Source of the DNA: Thraustochytrium aureum
Lineage: Eukaryota
NCBI GenBank assembly: GCA_012862495.1
Contig: BLSG01000387.1
Span: forward strand, 117,188 to 181,187
Length of the DNA: 64,000 nt
Reading direction: 5' to 3'
Shown one piece after another: positions 1-11,964 of this stretch. The notes under the pieces are model-generated. The model was given only the letters and a program-made list of their open reading frames with translations, had not been told where the DNA came from and made no database searches. A program made the translations under genes and the position numbers. The first letter of the stretch is position 1, and the number at the start of each line of letters is the position of its first letter.

Positions 1-652
1 TGTCCGAAGACAGAGCGGAGGCGTCCAGAAGCGACAGGTGCGTTCCATTCGCTGCGCCGCAACATAGCTTTGGCGCGCGACGTGGAGTCATTGTTTAGCA
101 CGCAGGCCGGCCCGGTCCGTCGCGATCTGGGGCCACGTGGCTCCCATCCCGAGCAGTTGTCCGAAGGCCTGGAAGCGACACGTGACCGGAACTACCGCAT
201 CTCTGCAACCTGTTCGGGCGCCCATCGAGGAGGGACAAGCCGGACTAGAAAAAGTCCGTTCCGAAGCTGTTTGTCCGTTCAGCCGCCTCGGCGCGGCGGT
301 CGAGTATGTATGGAGGCGGGAGGCCGCGGGCGTGCGAGCGAGGCGCCGGCGTAAGATTGCCGCGCGCGGATTGGTCCGGACCGCTCGTGGTGTTTTTTGT
401 GTGTGGTCTGTTTGTCTGTCTGTCTTCGAGATGCTTGCGGCGCGGCGGCATGAACGGCAGTGATCCTCAGGCTAAAGCGCCTTGCTTGCATGTGAGCGGC
501 TGTAGAGGCTTGTGGGAGGCGAGCAGCGCTGTATGGACGGCTCGGTGATGCTTGTCTAGATCCTTTTTGTGGCAGAATTTGCTCGCGCAACTGCAATCTG
601 GTGCGCGCCCGCAAGCCGAGGCGGCTGGGTGTCCGGACCTGCGCCGGAGAGC

Positions 653-1084
653 ATGCCGCGGCCGAAAGTGGTCGAGTGCGCCGTGTGCGGACAGCAATAC
701 GGCAAGGCATCTGTTAGGATCCACGAGAAGCGATGCGCGAAAGGCGCCTCCCCGTGCGGGCTGTGCGGAGTGCAACTTCGCGGAGACAAGCTGAAAGGCC
801 ATATGCGATTATGCGCAACAAGGCAGCCTGAGCAGACAGTCGCTCAGGCGCTCATTGCGAGATCAAACTGCGCCGCAGAGGCTCGCGCCCAAACCGCCGC
901 CTCTGGAATGCGCCGGCGGCGGCACCTGACCGACGCCTTTGACTCGGCGCCGCGGTGCGAAGACTCAGCGCTTGCACTTGTCGAGTTTCCTGCAAAAGTA
1001 CAACAGATGCTCCGCCTAAGCACAAGCATGGATCGCATCGAGCGAAATTGGCGTCGAGTCTCGGACCAGATCGTGTGGAGCTGA
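653..1084 (+). CDS. Small zinc-finger protein (C2HC-type fingers)
   Basis: ATG at 653; ECAVCGQQYGKASVRIHEKRC and CGLCGVQLRGDKLKGHMRLC are two C-x2-C-x12-H-x3-C motifs. Confidence 0.5.
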   Translation: MPRPKVVECAVCGQQYGKASVRIHEKRCAKGASPCGLCGVQLRGDKLKGHMRLCATRQPEQTVAQALIARSNCAAEARAQTAASGMRRRRHLTDAFDSAPRCEDSALALVEFPAKVQQMLRLSTSMDRIERNWRRVSDQIVWS

Positions 1085-1128
1085 GGCAGGCCAAATCCTT
1101 GATGTATAGCTCGAAAATGATCACATTC

Positions 1129-3908
1129 TTATTCTCCAGCGACAAGTTGTCCATGCAACCCGAGCCCCGGAGCCTCGAGGCGCCGCACAGCTTCGGCGAG
1201 GTGTTGGACGCGCAGCGTTTGGTTGAGGAGGCGCACAGTTTCACCACTCACGGCCTGGGGGGCTCGCGCTCGGGAGAAAGCGGACGCGGAAGCAGCCGGC
1301 TTGCAGGCGTCGCGCTTTGTCCTCAGCTAAACAGCGCGAGTGGCCGACGCCTGGGAGGTATGCAAACCCATTGGTGGAAAACCTGCCCTGCGCGAGCGTG
1401 GTGAGCGAAACAAACAGCGCTCCGTGGGACTGCTGCGGGAGCTCGAGCGCAACGTCGACAGAGTCGTCCACGTTCACGGCTCGCGCGACGACCGCGGCAA
1501 GCGGCGCCGCGCTTTGCGGCCTCTCTTCAACGAGCTGGCGAGGTCGCGCGAGGAGGGCCGCGGCGTGCGCAACGCATTCCCCAGCCACCACAGTCGATAC
1601 AAAGCGGACCGGCCCGTGGCCGTCAACGCGAAAGCTGTGGGCTACAAACGGCTGAGCGTCGCTTGGGACTGAAAAGTTGCCGACCAAGCTGACGCTACCG
1701 GTTGACGGGTCGTAGTCGTGGATGAGGACCCGAGCCCCGCCTGGTCTCCGCGCCGAGTCTCGGCGGTAGTAGCATGCCCCCTTCGCCCCGCACGCGCTGA
1801 AGGTTTCGGCAAACAGGCCTTCTTGAAACCAGTGATGCAGAATCTTCCACCGACCGCCGACGATTTGGCCCGGCCGCGCTGAGCCGTACTCGAGCGAACC
1901 CCACCCTCCCGTTGGCCATATCTCGTTGAGCTGCCAAGTCATAGAGCCGAGCGAACTCGAAGCACGCTGCTGCTCCACCACGCTCTTCACGTGAAGCGCC
2001 TGGGCCAAGGTGCAGAGATAGAGCTGCGCGCGAAACGGGGACTCGCCCACCGCATCCAGGTCGATGCCATGGCCAAAGTAGGCTTCTATCAGACTATCGC
2101 ACGGGTAGTTGCGCTGGGCCATCACGTTTCTCCCACGGCACGTGTTTGCATATACATCGTTGTTGCAGCTGTCGCGCGGGGCACCGCCGTGGAGGCTGTG
2201 GTGCGCGGGATCCAGGGTCGGCGCCATCGACTCATACGAGCTCATCACGACGGCGCCAAACTCGGAGAAGAACGTGTTGCGTCGGCCGCGCAAGGCGTCA
2301 CTAGCTGGCAACCCAAGATCCGGCGGCGTCAGCGGGGTGAACCTTTCGAGGTGCGTCTTGCCATTCGTCGCAGGGAAGCCAGTGCCGTGCAAGTACGGGC
2401 CGTGCTTTTCGATCTTGTGCCAGGCCAAGACGTGCGGGACTAGCTCGATATCACGGCCCCGAGGCAGCGACGTGAGGCGGTCGACGCCCTTCGCCCATCC
2501 GAGTGATGGACAGGACGGCCAAACTGGCCTGCTCAGGTCCACAGACACGACCTGGCGGATCACGAACGAGGCATATATCCCAGTTGGCGTGTTCGGTATC
2601 ACAACGCATTCGTTGCAGCTGTTCCAGACGGCGATGCTAGGGTGGTGCGAGAGACGGGAAACTTGATGCTGGATCTCCCTTGCCTGGGTTGCCGTTGCGC
2701 GTGGTGCGTGCCCCCGCTGTGCGTACATCATGTCGTGGAAAACCGGAGCCCACTCTCGTCGCAGGCTTCGTAAAACGAACTCGGGAGGAAAACGCCTCCG
2801 CCCCAGACGCGGACCATGTTAAAGTGCGCCGAGGCCGCGCTTCGAACGAGATTTGCGTGCGCCTCGGCGCTGTATCTGCCCTCCATTTCGTCCATGGGGA
2901 TGACGTTGGACCCCCTCACGTGCAAAACTTCGCCGTTTACGCGAAAGTACATCCCGTGGTTGGAGTTGCCCTCTGCGTTCCATGCTTCGGCCAGATAGGC
3001 GCTGTCCTCGTCATCGCCAGTGACGAGTGCGATGCTTCGAAAGCCGACCCGCCGATCAGCGCAGTTACCAGGGCCATGCTGCTGCGGGCCATGCGCTACC
3101 TCGGGGCGCGCGCAGACACGGATAGAATACATGCGCTGCGGACCGCGCTCGTTGGGCCACCACAAGCTCACCATTGATCGGTCGGGGAACTGTCCGCGCC
3201 CGCCTGGCGCAACCTGAAAGAACGCCTCGACTTGCGCGGGGTCGGCTCCAGGGGCAGCGGCAGGAAGCTGCAAGTGATACTCTGCTAGCTCTGCGCCGGG
3301 CCAGCTCGCGTTCACCGTCAGCGCTACCTTGGACCCTGGCTCTCCAGAGAGCAAGATCCTCGCACTGGCCTTGAACCGCCAGTCCGGGTCGCAAGCCTGC
3401 TCCCTCTCGTGCAAAGCCGCTCCGTCGCAAAAGGGAAGTATTTTAAGCGGCGCTCGGGCAGGGCGCACCGGGAGGATTTGGGGAACAATGTGCAACACGG
3501 CCACGGACTCGGGGACTCGAACCAAGTAGACAGACTTCCAGATCCCCTTGGACATGATCATTGCGGCGCCCTTCTTTCTGCCCGTGAACGGTGCCCAGTC
3601 CCAGCCCCCAGAGCAGGCCATAAACCGTCCCTGCTCGTCGATATCGCGCTCGAACGAGACGGCCAGCTCGTGCCGCCCGGGCTCGAGCACCAAGCGAACC
3701 TCGTACCGGAGGAACTGGTCCGTGACCGTCTGCACGAGCCGGCCGTCGACGCGCACAGCAGCGCCCATCTTGATGCCATCTAGGACGAGCATCCAGTCTT
3801 GCCCTCCTGCTAGCGCCTGCGCGGGTTGGGCGAGGTCGAACTCGCGCGAGTACGTCCAGTTATCGGCGTCCCACACGTCGCCCTGGTCCAAGAAGTTGAC
3901 CTCGTACA
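1129..3908 (-). CDS. Glycoside hydrolase family 2 beta-mannosidase-like (5' end in gap; two apparent 1-nt frameshifts)
   Basis: Motifs GWDWAP, GIWKSV, RGSNVIP, NMVRVWGGG, HPSIAVWNSCNE, SEFG, WQLNEIW. ORFs 2728-3891 and 1241-2731 join at ~2745 (restores GLxVFHDMMYA). Removing one base from the run at 1257-1262 extends the frame as SPQAVSGETVRLLNQTLRVQHL to TAA at 1129. Confidence 0.85.
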
Positions 3909-4166
3909 NNNNNNNNNNNNNNNNNNNNNNNNNNNNNNNNNNNNNNNNNNNNNNNNNNNNNNNNNNNNNNNNNNNNNNNNNNNNNNNNNNNNNNNNNNNN
4001 NNNNNNNNNNNNNNNNNNNNNNNNNNNNNNNNNNNNNNNNNNNNNNNNNNNNNNNNNNNNNNNNNNNNNNNNNNNNNNNNNNNNNNNNNNNNNNNNNNNN
4101 NNNNNNNNNNNNNNNNNNNNNNNNNNNNNNNNNNNNNNNNNNNNNNNNNNNNNNNACGTTCGGGCC

Positions 4167-5723
4167 ATGTTTGATGACCTCCGGGCCGGCGTCAAGTTCC
4201 TGGACCAGTTTGTGTTTGACAAGTCGGCGCGCCGCGACGCAGAGCCGGCGACGCCTGCCGTGGACTTGCAGGGCAAGGTGATCCGGCCGCCAGGGCAGGG
4301 CAGCGGGAACGACGCCCCGGAGGGGCTGCTTGCGCGCTTCACGGCCAAGCTGTCGGCCACGACGGACCAGCTCCTCGACACGCTCGAGAGCGGCAGCGCG
4401 CTTCCCAAGCTGGCGAGCTCGATCCGCTCCGTTGTGGCCGGAGACGCCAAAGCTAGCGAGCGAGCGCTCCAAGACCTCGTGCAAAAGGCCCGCGAGAACA
4501 CCAGCGCGGGCGACTTTCAGAGCAACGCCAGCTTCTTGAGCCTGCTGCAAGTCCTCCGCGAGGACTCGACCGCGGTGCAGGCCGCGCTGGACCGTAGCCT
4601 GGGGCACTTGGACCTGAGCAACTTGACCCCGACCTCCGTTTTCTACTACCTCGAGCGCCAGGAAGAGCTGAAAACCCCGAGCTGGAAGCGGCGCAAACAC
4701 CGGTTCATGAGCGGTGCAGACGCCAGCGAGGTCGGCGACCTGCACGGCCTCCTCTACCTGGCCGACGTGAGCTACTTGAGCACGCCCGAGGAAGTCCGCG
4801 AGGGCTTGCGGCAAAGCAAGCAGGGCTGCACCTGGGAGCTGATCAGCCACCACAACGGGATGCGCGTCGGGGAGCCGGCATATTACCTGGCGGTAAAGTC
4901 GGGCGTCCACCCTCGCGACCCGCTCACGGTCTTGCTCGTCGTCCGAGGCACGGCATCTGCCGCGGACGTGGCCACAGACGTGCTCATGGACGCCTCCGAC
5001 TATGATGGCGGCAAGGCGCACTCGGGAATGATCCGGTCTGGCAAGTGGCTCCTGCAAGAGCACCTTGGTGTGCTTCGCCAGCTCGAGCGCGTTTCCGGGA
5101 ACAAAGTCAAGGTGCAGGTCGTGGGCCACTCGCTCGGGGCTGGCGCGGCGACCATTTTTGGCCGGGAACTGAGGAAGCGCGGCTTCGAGGACGTGCGAGT
5201 TGTGGGCTTTGGCTGCCCCGCGCTCCTCTCCAAGGAGCTGTCAGAGGACTGCCAGGAGTGGGTCACCACTGTGGTTGCTGACAGCGACATGATCCCGCGC
5301 TGTAGCGGGCCCACCATGTCGAATCTCATCTTGGACGTCTTGGAGTTTGACTACACGGACAGGGCGGTGCGCGACGTTCGCGAGGCGCTCGAGTTTGTCA
5401 AGCTCAAGGCCCCGGTCGAGCTGGGCCTTGACGACCTCAGCGGGGCGATGCGCGTTGTCAAGTCTGGCGTTGACAAGTACTTGAGGCCGCTGGTCAAGCC
5501 TGCCAGCACCGAGCGTCTTGCGCCAGAGCTGTTCCCTCCCGGACGGTGCATCCACCTCTACCGGGATGGCCGCGGCGTGAGCTGTGCGCGCGTGCCGTGC
5601 GACTTCTTCAACGAGATCGACCTTTCGCGAACGATGCTTGACGACCACCTCATCACCGGGTATGACGCCATATTTTTGGACTTGCTGCGAGTCGTCCGCA
5701 ACGACCCATACTACTGCGGATAG
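4167..5723 (+). CDS. Class 3 lipase / diacylglycerol lipase-like (start may lie in the upstream gap)
   Basis: VRGT, AHSGM, GHSLGAG nucleophile motif, DMIPR, C-terminal DH. Confidence 0.85.
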   Translation: MFDDLRAGVKFLDQFVFDKSARRDAEPATPAVDLQGKVIRPPGQGSGNDAPEGLLARFTAKLSATTDQLLDTLESGSALPKLASSIRSVVAGDAKASERALQDLVQKARENTSAGDFQSNASFLSLLQVLREDSTAVQAALDRSLGHLDLSNLTPTSVFYYLERQEELKTPSWKRRKHRFMSGADASEVGDLHGLLYLADVSYLSTPEEVREGLRQSKQGCTWELISHHNGMRVGEPAYYLAVKSGVHPRDPLTVLLVVRGTASAADVATDVLMDASDYDGGKAHSGMIRSGKWLLQEHLGVLRQLERVSGNKVKVQVVGHSLGAGAATIFGRELRKRGFEDVRVVGFGCPALLSKELSEDCQEWVTTVVADSDMIPRCSGPTMSNLILDVLEFDYTDRAVRDVREALEFVKLKAPVELGLDDLSGAMRVVKSGVDKYLRPLVKPASTERLAPELFPPGRCIHLYRDGRGVSCARVPCDFFNEIDLSRTMLDDHLITGYDAIFLDLLRVVRNDPYYCG

Positions 5724-5839
5724 CCCGTTTTTTTTGACATTCTAAAAGCATCACTGCTGGTAAACCATCAACAAGAAAAAAAACCACCAGAGGTTTACTC
5801 TTTAGCCTATCTCTCGAGAGCGTCAACTCGAGCTTGCCT

Positions 5840-7636
5840 TCAGGCGTCCCAAGCCTCGTCCTGGTACCCGTTCTCCTCCTCGTCGTCCTCGTCCTCGTCC
5901 TCGTTGGCCTGCCCAGCCTCGGCCTCCTCTGCAGCCCGGCGCGCAGACAACTCTGCTTCGAGCTTGGCTCGCTGGACCTCTGCCATCTGCTTCACCATGC
6001 TGCTCTGGAGCTCTTCCATGGACAAGGGCCGCTCTGCACGGTCTTCAAGGGCCTCTTGGGTGAGCTTGTCGTGCTTTTCGATGTCCGAGATGTCTGGGAG
6101 CGTCAGTGCAGGTTGGCCCGGCCCTCCGAGCAGCGGCGACCCCGGAGACCCAGGGCTGCCTGGAGCAGCCACGACGATCTCGTCGCCACGGTTTCTGCGA
6201 CCGCTGCCGTGCGCCGCACCGTCCTCGCTTGACGAGGTGGCGGACGCGAGAACAGCTTGAAACGCCTCCGGGTTGCCGCTGTGCGAGGCTGCAAACGCCT
6301 GCAGGATCTCGCTGGACCTCTGCTCGATGACGCCGAGGTACTGCATAACGTTCATATCTGTCACGCCTTCCTCGCCAATAAGGTCGCTGATCGCCTCATT
6401 GCCCTTGGCGGCTCCGAGTCGCTCGAATAGGGTTTGGATTCCGATCTTGAGCTGCAACAGGATCTTCTGGCTGTTGGCATACTTTAGCTCGTACTGGTCT
6501 GCGCGCGAGTTGGTCTCCTCGAGGCGCTGCTCGAGCTCGAAGAGGATCCGCTTGCGCTGGCTTTCAGACTTGACGCCCTGGCCGCGGTACTTTTCGATCT
6601 CGCTCTCGACGCCGGTGATCTGGTGCTCGAGCGCCTCGATCTCGCCGTTGAGGTGGTTGACTTCGGTGAAGAGGGAAAAGTTCTTGTCCTCGGCTTCAAC
6701 GAAGCGGGCAACCAGCTGGTCGATGTCGGTCACGCCAGTCTCTTCCTGGATCCGCGCAAACATTTCTTCGTAGTTCTGGGCCTTCTCCTGGCTGCGTTGG
6801 ATCTGAATTTTCTCCTTGCCGATTGACCACGCCCCTTTGGCAATGCCTTGCTTGAGCTTGGACTCCTCCTCTGTGGTCATCTCGCCAACCTTGGCGGCCC
6901 CCTTGGACCGCGGGAGCTGGTCTTGGTCCTTGGCTCGCTTGTCGTGCTCGATGAGCTCGCCGAGGCGCTTCCACTCGACCTGGAAGGCCTCTTGCTCCTC
7001 GTCTGCAGCGAGCTTGAGCTCTGCGATCTGGCGCTTGGCCTCGTCCCGCTCTCTGTAGGCCTTGTTGCACTCCTCGACCAGTTTGGCCATCTCCTTCTTC
7101 TCCGAGTGCATCTCGCGCTCGAGCTTTTTGTAGATCCCGTCAAAGATTTGGCGCTCCTTGCGCAGGTCGTCGATCTTGTCTTTGAGGAGCTTGTTCTTGC
7201 CGAGGATTTCGTTGTAGCGCACAATGGCTTTGTCGAGGCGGTTTTCCATGACTCGAATCTGCTTGTTGAGGACGATGTTGTTTTGCTTGGACACGTTGAC
7301 GCCACCCATCTTCTTTCGCTGCGAGTTGACCTTGCCCTGAACGATGGAGATCTGTTTTTCGAGCTCGGCGATCCTGCGGCGCTCCAGCTCGATTTTCCGC
7401 GTGTATGCGTCGCCTTGGTCTTGGAGCCGCTTGATCTCGGACGTTGCGGAGCTGTTGTTGACCATGTTGTCCTGCTTGGTGTCAAGCGCGAGCTCTTGGG
7501 CGAGGACGTCGTTGTCCCTTTCGAGCTGGTTGATCGCGCTCTTGTGGCGCATTGTGTCGGCCTCCGCCGTGGCCATCGCCACGGACGCGCGCTTTTCAAG
7601 CTTTGCCATCGTGCCGACCCACGTTTGTCGATGCAC
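5840..7636 (-). CDS. ODAD1: Outer dynein arm docking complex subunit (ODA1/DC2, CCDC114/CCDC63 family); start uncertain
   Basis: Long coiled coil with MGGVN, IRVMENRLDKA, IDDLRKERQIF, FVEAEDKNFSLF, NVMQYLGVIEQR; acidic tail. Confidence 0.85.
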   Translation of the reverse strand: MHRQTWVGTMAKLEKRASVAMATAEADTMRHKSAINQLERDNDVLAQELALDTKQDNMVNNSSATSEIKRLQDQGDAYTRKIELERRRIAELEKQISIVQGKVNSQRKKMGGVNVSKQNNIVLNKQIRVMENRLDKAIVRYNEILGKNKLLKDKIDDLRKERQIFDGIYKKLEREMHSEKKEMAKLVEECNKAYRERDEAKRQIAELKLAADEEQEAFQVEWKRLGELIEHDKRAKDQDQLPRSKGAAKVGEMTTEEESKLKQGIAKGAWSIGKEKIQIQRSQEKAQNYEEMFARIQEETGVTDIDQLVARFVEAEDKNFSLFTEVNHLNGEIEALEHQITGVESEIEKYRGQGVKSESQRKRILFELEQRLEETNSRADQYELKYANSQKILLQLKIGIQTLFERLGAAKGNEAISDLIGEEGVTDMNVMQYLGVIEQRSSEILQAFAASHSGNPEAFQAVLASATSSSEDGAAHGSGRRNRGDEIVVAAPGSPGSPGSPLLGGPGQPALTLPDISDIEKHDKLTQEALEDRAERPLSMEELQSSMVKQMAEVQRAKLEAELSARRAAEEAEAGQANEDEDEDDEEENGYQDEAWDA

Positions 7637-8049
7637 AACGTGTGCCAGAACCCAGGGCCCCCGGCGGAAAGCGCACGCAGCTCGACGCAGCTCGACGCCG
7701 TCACAGCGGATCGATTGTCCTGCCCGAAGCGCTGCTGCTCGTCAAGTTGCGGCTCTGCGTCAACATCGAGGTGCTGGATGCTCGACTTCAACGGACCAAT
7801 TCTGAGCGCTCTGATCTGTTCGTTGTTGTACTAACACACGACTGGTCCGACACCAGGACCTTGCGGGCTTGCCTGCCTGCGTACCTGGCTGGCTGGCTGG
7901 CTGGCTGGCGAGCGAGCGGAGGGGGCGTTTGTTTTGCTTGCCCGCTTTTCGGCGCTTGGCAACGTAGACGCGCGAAAATGGAACCGCGCCTTCGCGGGGA
8001 GAAATTCTTTGAGCGGCTAGCTATGGACGGGGCAGGTGCTCCTGGCTCC

Positions 8050-9189
8050 TCAGGCCTCGTCGTGCTGTGCGGTGGCGCCAGGAGCGTCACTAGCAGCCGC
8101 GCCGAACGTGAGTCGCAAGCCCTCGCGGAACGGGGTCAGCCGCAGACCGAGGTCCTTCTCCACGCATGTTGAGTCCATGCCCGTGTCCAAAGGCGAGGCA
8201 ACTCCGCGGTCCATGCTCGCAGCCTCGGCAGACAGCACGAGGACGGGGTCGTGGCTGCGATGCGAGCAGATCATTCTTGCCATTTCAAGCCGAGACAGCC
8301 GTTGCGGCCCGCCGAAATTGTAAACAGACCGAAGTCCTGCTTGTTGAACAGACCTGCTGCCCGCACCAGCGCACCGGGCTATGATGTTCTGCACCGCAAC
8401 AACAAAGTCGCCGATGTAAACGGGGCTGCGGTACTCGTCGTGGAAGAAATCAACAGCTTCGCCCGCCGCGAGAACTTGGTCCACAAACGCGGTGAAGAAG
8501 CTGGACTTGGCGCCCGGCTTCACAGGCCCATAGATCATGCTCGAGCGCAGCGATACCGAGTTTCCGGCCCACTCCCGCGCCAAAAGCTGCTCCGCCTCCA
8601 GCTTGGATCGGCCGTACTCGTTGACTGGGTTGGTCGGGCTCGCCTCGGTGTACAGCTCAGCTGCTTCGCCATCATATACAAGGTCTGTACTGATGTGGAC
8701 CAAAGTCGCAGCCGGCGCGTGCGCTTTCAGCGCTGCAACAAGCGCGTCCGGGACGTTGATGGCGCGGGCGGCGCCGGGGTTGTCTTCGCAAAACTTGGGC
8801 CGCGCCACTGCAGCGCAGTTGACAACCACATCGGGTCGGACTTGAACGAGGCAGGCGCTGAGCGCGTCTGCGCCGTCTTGCTGTGAGGCGGTGCTCGCGA
8901 GGTCAACCTTGAACCCGCGTACGCCTGCGGCATGGAGCTGGCCAATCTCCTCTGTGTCGGCGACGTCGGCACTTCGAAACGTGTATGCTACGCGAAGGAG
9001 AGCTGGTGGTTTGGGAGCGTGTTCTTCTCCGCCCCCGCGTCGTGCGGCGTCTGCCCAGCATATGTTGTCCAGGCCAGCGAGGGAGCGGACGAGCTGGGCC
9101 CCGAGCTGGCCTGCCCCCGCCCCCGTCACAAGGACGCTGAACCCGTCTGCTGGCGGCATCTGAGCGCTTTTGCCGTCTTGTGCGTCCAT
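8050..9189 (-). CDS. RmlD-like / methionine adenosyltransferase 2 beta-like extended SDR
   Basis: VLVTGAG, PDVVVNCAA, HISTDLVYDG, YGRSK, FHDEYRSP. Confidence 0.8.
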   Translation of the reverse strand: MDAQDGKSAQMPPADGFSVLVTGAGAGQLGAQLVRSLAGLDNICWADAARRGGGEEHAPKPPALLRVAYTFRSADVADTEEIGQLHAAGVRGFKVDLASTASQQDGADALSACLVQVRPDVVVNCAAVARPKFCEDNPGAARAINVPDALVAALKAHAPAATLVHISTDLVYDGEAAELYTEASPTNPVNEYGRSKLEAEQLLAREWAGNSVSLRSSMIYGPVKPGAKSSFFTAFVDQVLAAGEAVDFFHDEYRSPVYIGDFVVAVQNIIARCAGAGSRSVQQAGLRSVYNFGGPQRLSRLEMARMICSHRSHDPVLVLSAEAASMDRGVASPLDTGMDSTCVEKDLGLRLTPFREGLRLTFGAAASDAPGATAQHDEA

Positions 9190-9612
9190 TCCTTTCAGAT
9201 GCGGGACTGCCGAGTCGAGCAACGTCAACGTTGTTAGTTGTGCGTGTCGAGCAGGCGAGCTGGCAGGCAATCAGCTTGGGCCGGCGACCAGCCCTCTGGC
9301 CAGGATTGCGCGTCATGTGCAAGCGCACTTGTTGATCAAGGCCGCCTTGCATCGCCGGGAATCAATAGGAACGTGCGGAGGTCATTGTCATAGTGCAAAA
9401 AAACAAACCAACCCGTCACAGCCCATGTCCTTGGCTCGGACGATCTAGAGGTAGTTCACGATCTCCTTGGTCTGGCCCGGCGCAACGAGCTTGCGGGAGA
9501 CGCGCGCCTGGAAGCCGCCGACCTCCGCCAGGGCGCTGCAGAGTGCTTGGTGGCTCCAGCGCGCTAGCTCGGCGGCGGCGCCCGCGCGTTCGGCTCGAAA
9601 AAAATCTTGCCA

Positions 9613-11075
9613 CTACTTGGAAAGGTTGGACACGAGCGCGACCGCCGAAAACCCAGTGATGAGCACCGCCAAGATCACGGACAGCACCTTCTCCGTGCGG
9701 TACATGTTCGAAGGCGCAGAGCGCATGATGAAGAGCGACGGTAGCACAAAGCAGATGATCGGGTTGGTGGTGGAGCCCAGGACCTGAAAAACGATAGAGA
9801 TGTCCTTGATGAGGATTGCCGGCAACAGCGCGAGGCCGACCATGCCAAGGCTGATGGCGACGTGGGCCAAGAGCGGCGCGTCCTTGGGGTTGGCCCGCTC
9901 GCCAGCAAAGAGGCGGTAGATGTTGGCCCTGAACGCGTTGACGAAGAGCGGAATCGCGAGGATGACGCTCAGGCTCATCCCCACCGCGCCGAGCAGCGTC
10001 GACGTGTCGTGGTGGTAGTCGTTGTTGAGGAAATTCCCATCCGAGTGAGCCAGTTGGTCTTTGAAAGTAAAGTACGCAAACGCACCGAGCAGCACGTAGA
10101 GCACAAACGCGACCGCAATCGCGCGACCGACCACCTTGTACATCCGCCGCCTGGTAGGCTTTTGCAGCTCCATGAAGATCGGCAAAACGTTCGGGTGGCA
10201 CGTGTACGCGTAAACGACGATGGGAATAGCCGCCAGCAAGCGGTTCAGGCCAAAGTCGGCCAGCACGATGGGCGGTTCGCCGGGGGCGGGCGCGTCCCAA
10301 AAGCACTGCACCTCTTGCGCTTGTCCGTCCATCACGACCGTCTCGTCCCCGAGGCAGTAGCCAAAGTACTTGACGACAACGACGACGGTCAGGTAGGCGC
10401 TGCAGGCGACGCCGATCAGGCTGCTGTACCGCAAGGCGCCCATCGTGCGGAGCAGGCAGAGGGGGACGACCACCACGCATGTGGAGAGAACCATGACGAA
10501 GCGCTGCTGCAAAAAGTAGGAGACGTCTTTGCCGTCAGTCTCGTCAAAGATCACCTGCAGCACCTTGGCGATCATGCTCCCGCTGGCGACAATGTACGAA
10601 ATACTCGTGCCATACAGGTTGAGGAGCAGGCTTGCTTGCGCGAGGCGAAAGGCCCAGTTGCCGTACAGCTGGCGCGCGATGCCCGGATATGACTTGACCC
10701 CCGTCAGCTCGGAGGAAATCACCAAGAGTTGCAGCGAGAAGAACGCCATGCAAGCGCCAAACGTAAAGAGCAGCGCTCCGAGGACGACGCCGACCTGCTG
10801 TATTGCGAACGGGACGGAGAGCGTCCCTGCCCCGACGATCGCCACCACCAACGTGAAGACAGACCCCTTGATCGACCCGGCTTGAAAACCTCTCTTGAAA
10901 AAACTGGACTGGCGAGCGGCGAGGACGGGGTAAGCGGGGTCCGCAGCAGGTCGTTGTCGTTCTCGTCGCCCCACTCGTCCTGCGCTTCCTCCTCCTCTAC
11001 GGTATGCACCACTGGCATCAGCGGCGCTCGCAGGTCGTCGCCCTGGCCGCGTTCCGTGGCCGCCGACCGGGTCAT
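9613..11075 (-). CDS. Amino acid/auxin permease (AAAP, SLC38-like) transporter; apparent frameshift near 10900
   Basis: IVGAGTLSVPFA, AYTCHPN, ~11 hydrophobic segments; acidic N-terminus (EEEEAQDEWGDEND) lies in another frame and joins near the A run at 10898-10903. Confidence 0.85.
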
Positions 11076-11964
11076 CCTCGCCGTCGGCGTCCAGAAACGC
11101 CGACCCGGCCCGCGTGCCGCGCATCCTCGCCGCCCGCCGCTGTCACACGTGCCTTTCAACGCGCAAGCTCCACGCCCTGCCAGCCAGCCCGCCTGCTTGC
11201 TTGCTTGCTTGCNNNNNNNNNNNNNNNNNNNNNNNNNNNNNNNNNNNNNNNNNNNNNNNNNNNNNNNNNNNNNNNNNNNNNNNNNNNNNNNNNNNNNNNN
11301 NNNNNNNNNNNNNNNNNNNNNNNNNNNNNNNNNNNNNNNNNNNNNNNNNNNNNNNNNNNNNNNNNNNNNNNNNNNNNNNNNNNNNNNNNNNNNNNNNNNN
11401 NNNNNNNNNNNNNNNNNNNNNNNNNNNNNNNNNNNNNNNNNNNNNNNNNNNNNNNNNNNNNNNNNNNNNNNNNNNNNNNNNNNNNNNNNNNNNNNNNNNN
11501 NNNNNNNNNNNNNNNNNNNNNNNNNNNNNNNNNNNNNNNNNNNNNNNNNNNNNNNNNNNNNNNNNNNNNNNNNNNNNNNNNNNNNNNNNNNNNNNNNNNN
11601 NNNNNNNNNNNNNNNNNNNNNNNNNNNNNNNNNNNNNNNNNNNNNNNNNNNNNNNNNNNNNNNNNNNNNNNNNNNNNNNNNNNNNNNNNNNNNNNNNNNN
11701 NNNNNNNNNNNNNNNNNNNNNNNNNNNNNNNNNNNNNNNNNNNNNNNNNNNNNNNNNNNNNNNNNNNNNNNNNNNNNNNNNNNNNNNNNNNNNNGTTAGT
11801 CACAGTATTCGCGCGCGCGGCGTTGCAGGTTGCTTGCTCGCATGCAACGAGCAGCTCTTCAATAGAAGCCGGAGGTGCAAGTTGTGCGTCTTGTGACCCC
11901 GTTGTCAGGCAGACCGCCAAGTGCTCTCAACGCGCAGCGCAAGGCAGCTGACAGTGCGACGAAG

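Noticed and set aside
6848..7834. Long antisense ORFs over real genes (also 3810-5129, 44074-44988, 48334-49182)
   Set aside because: Shadow frames expected from high GC3 codon bias
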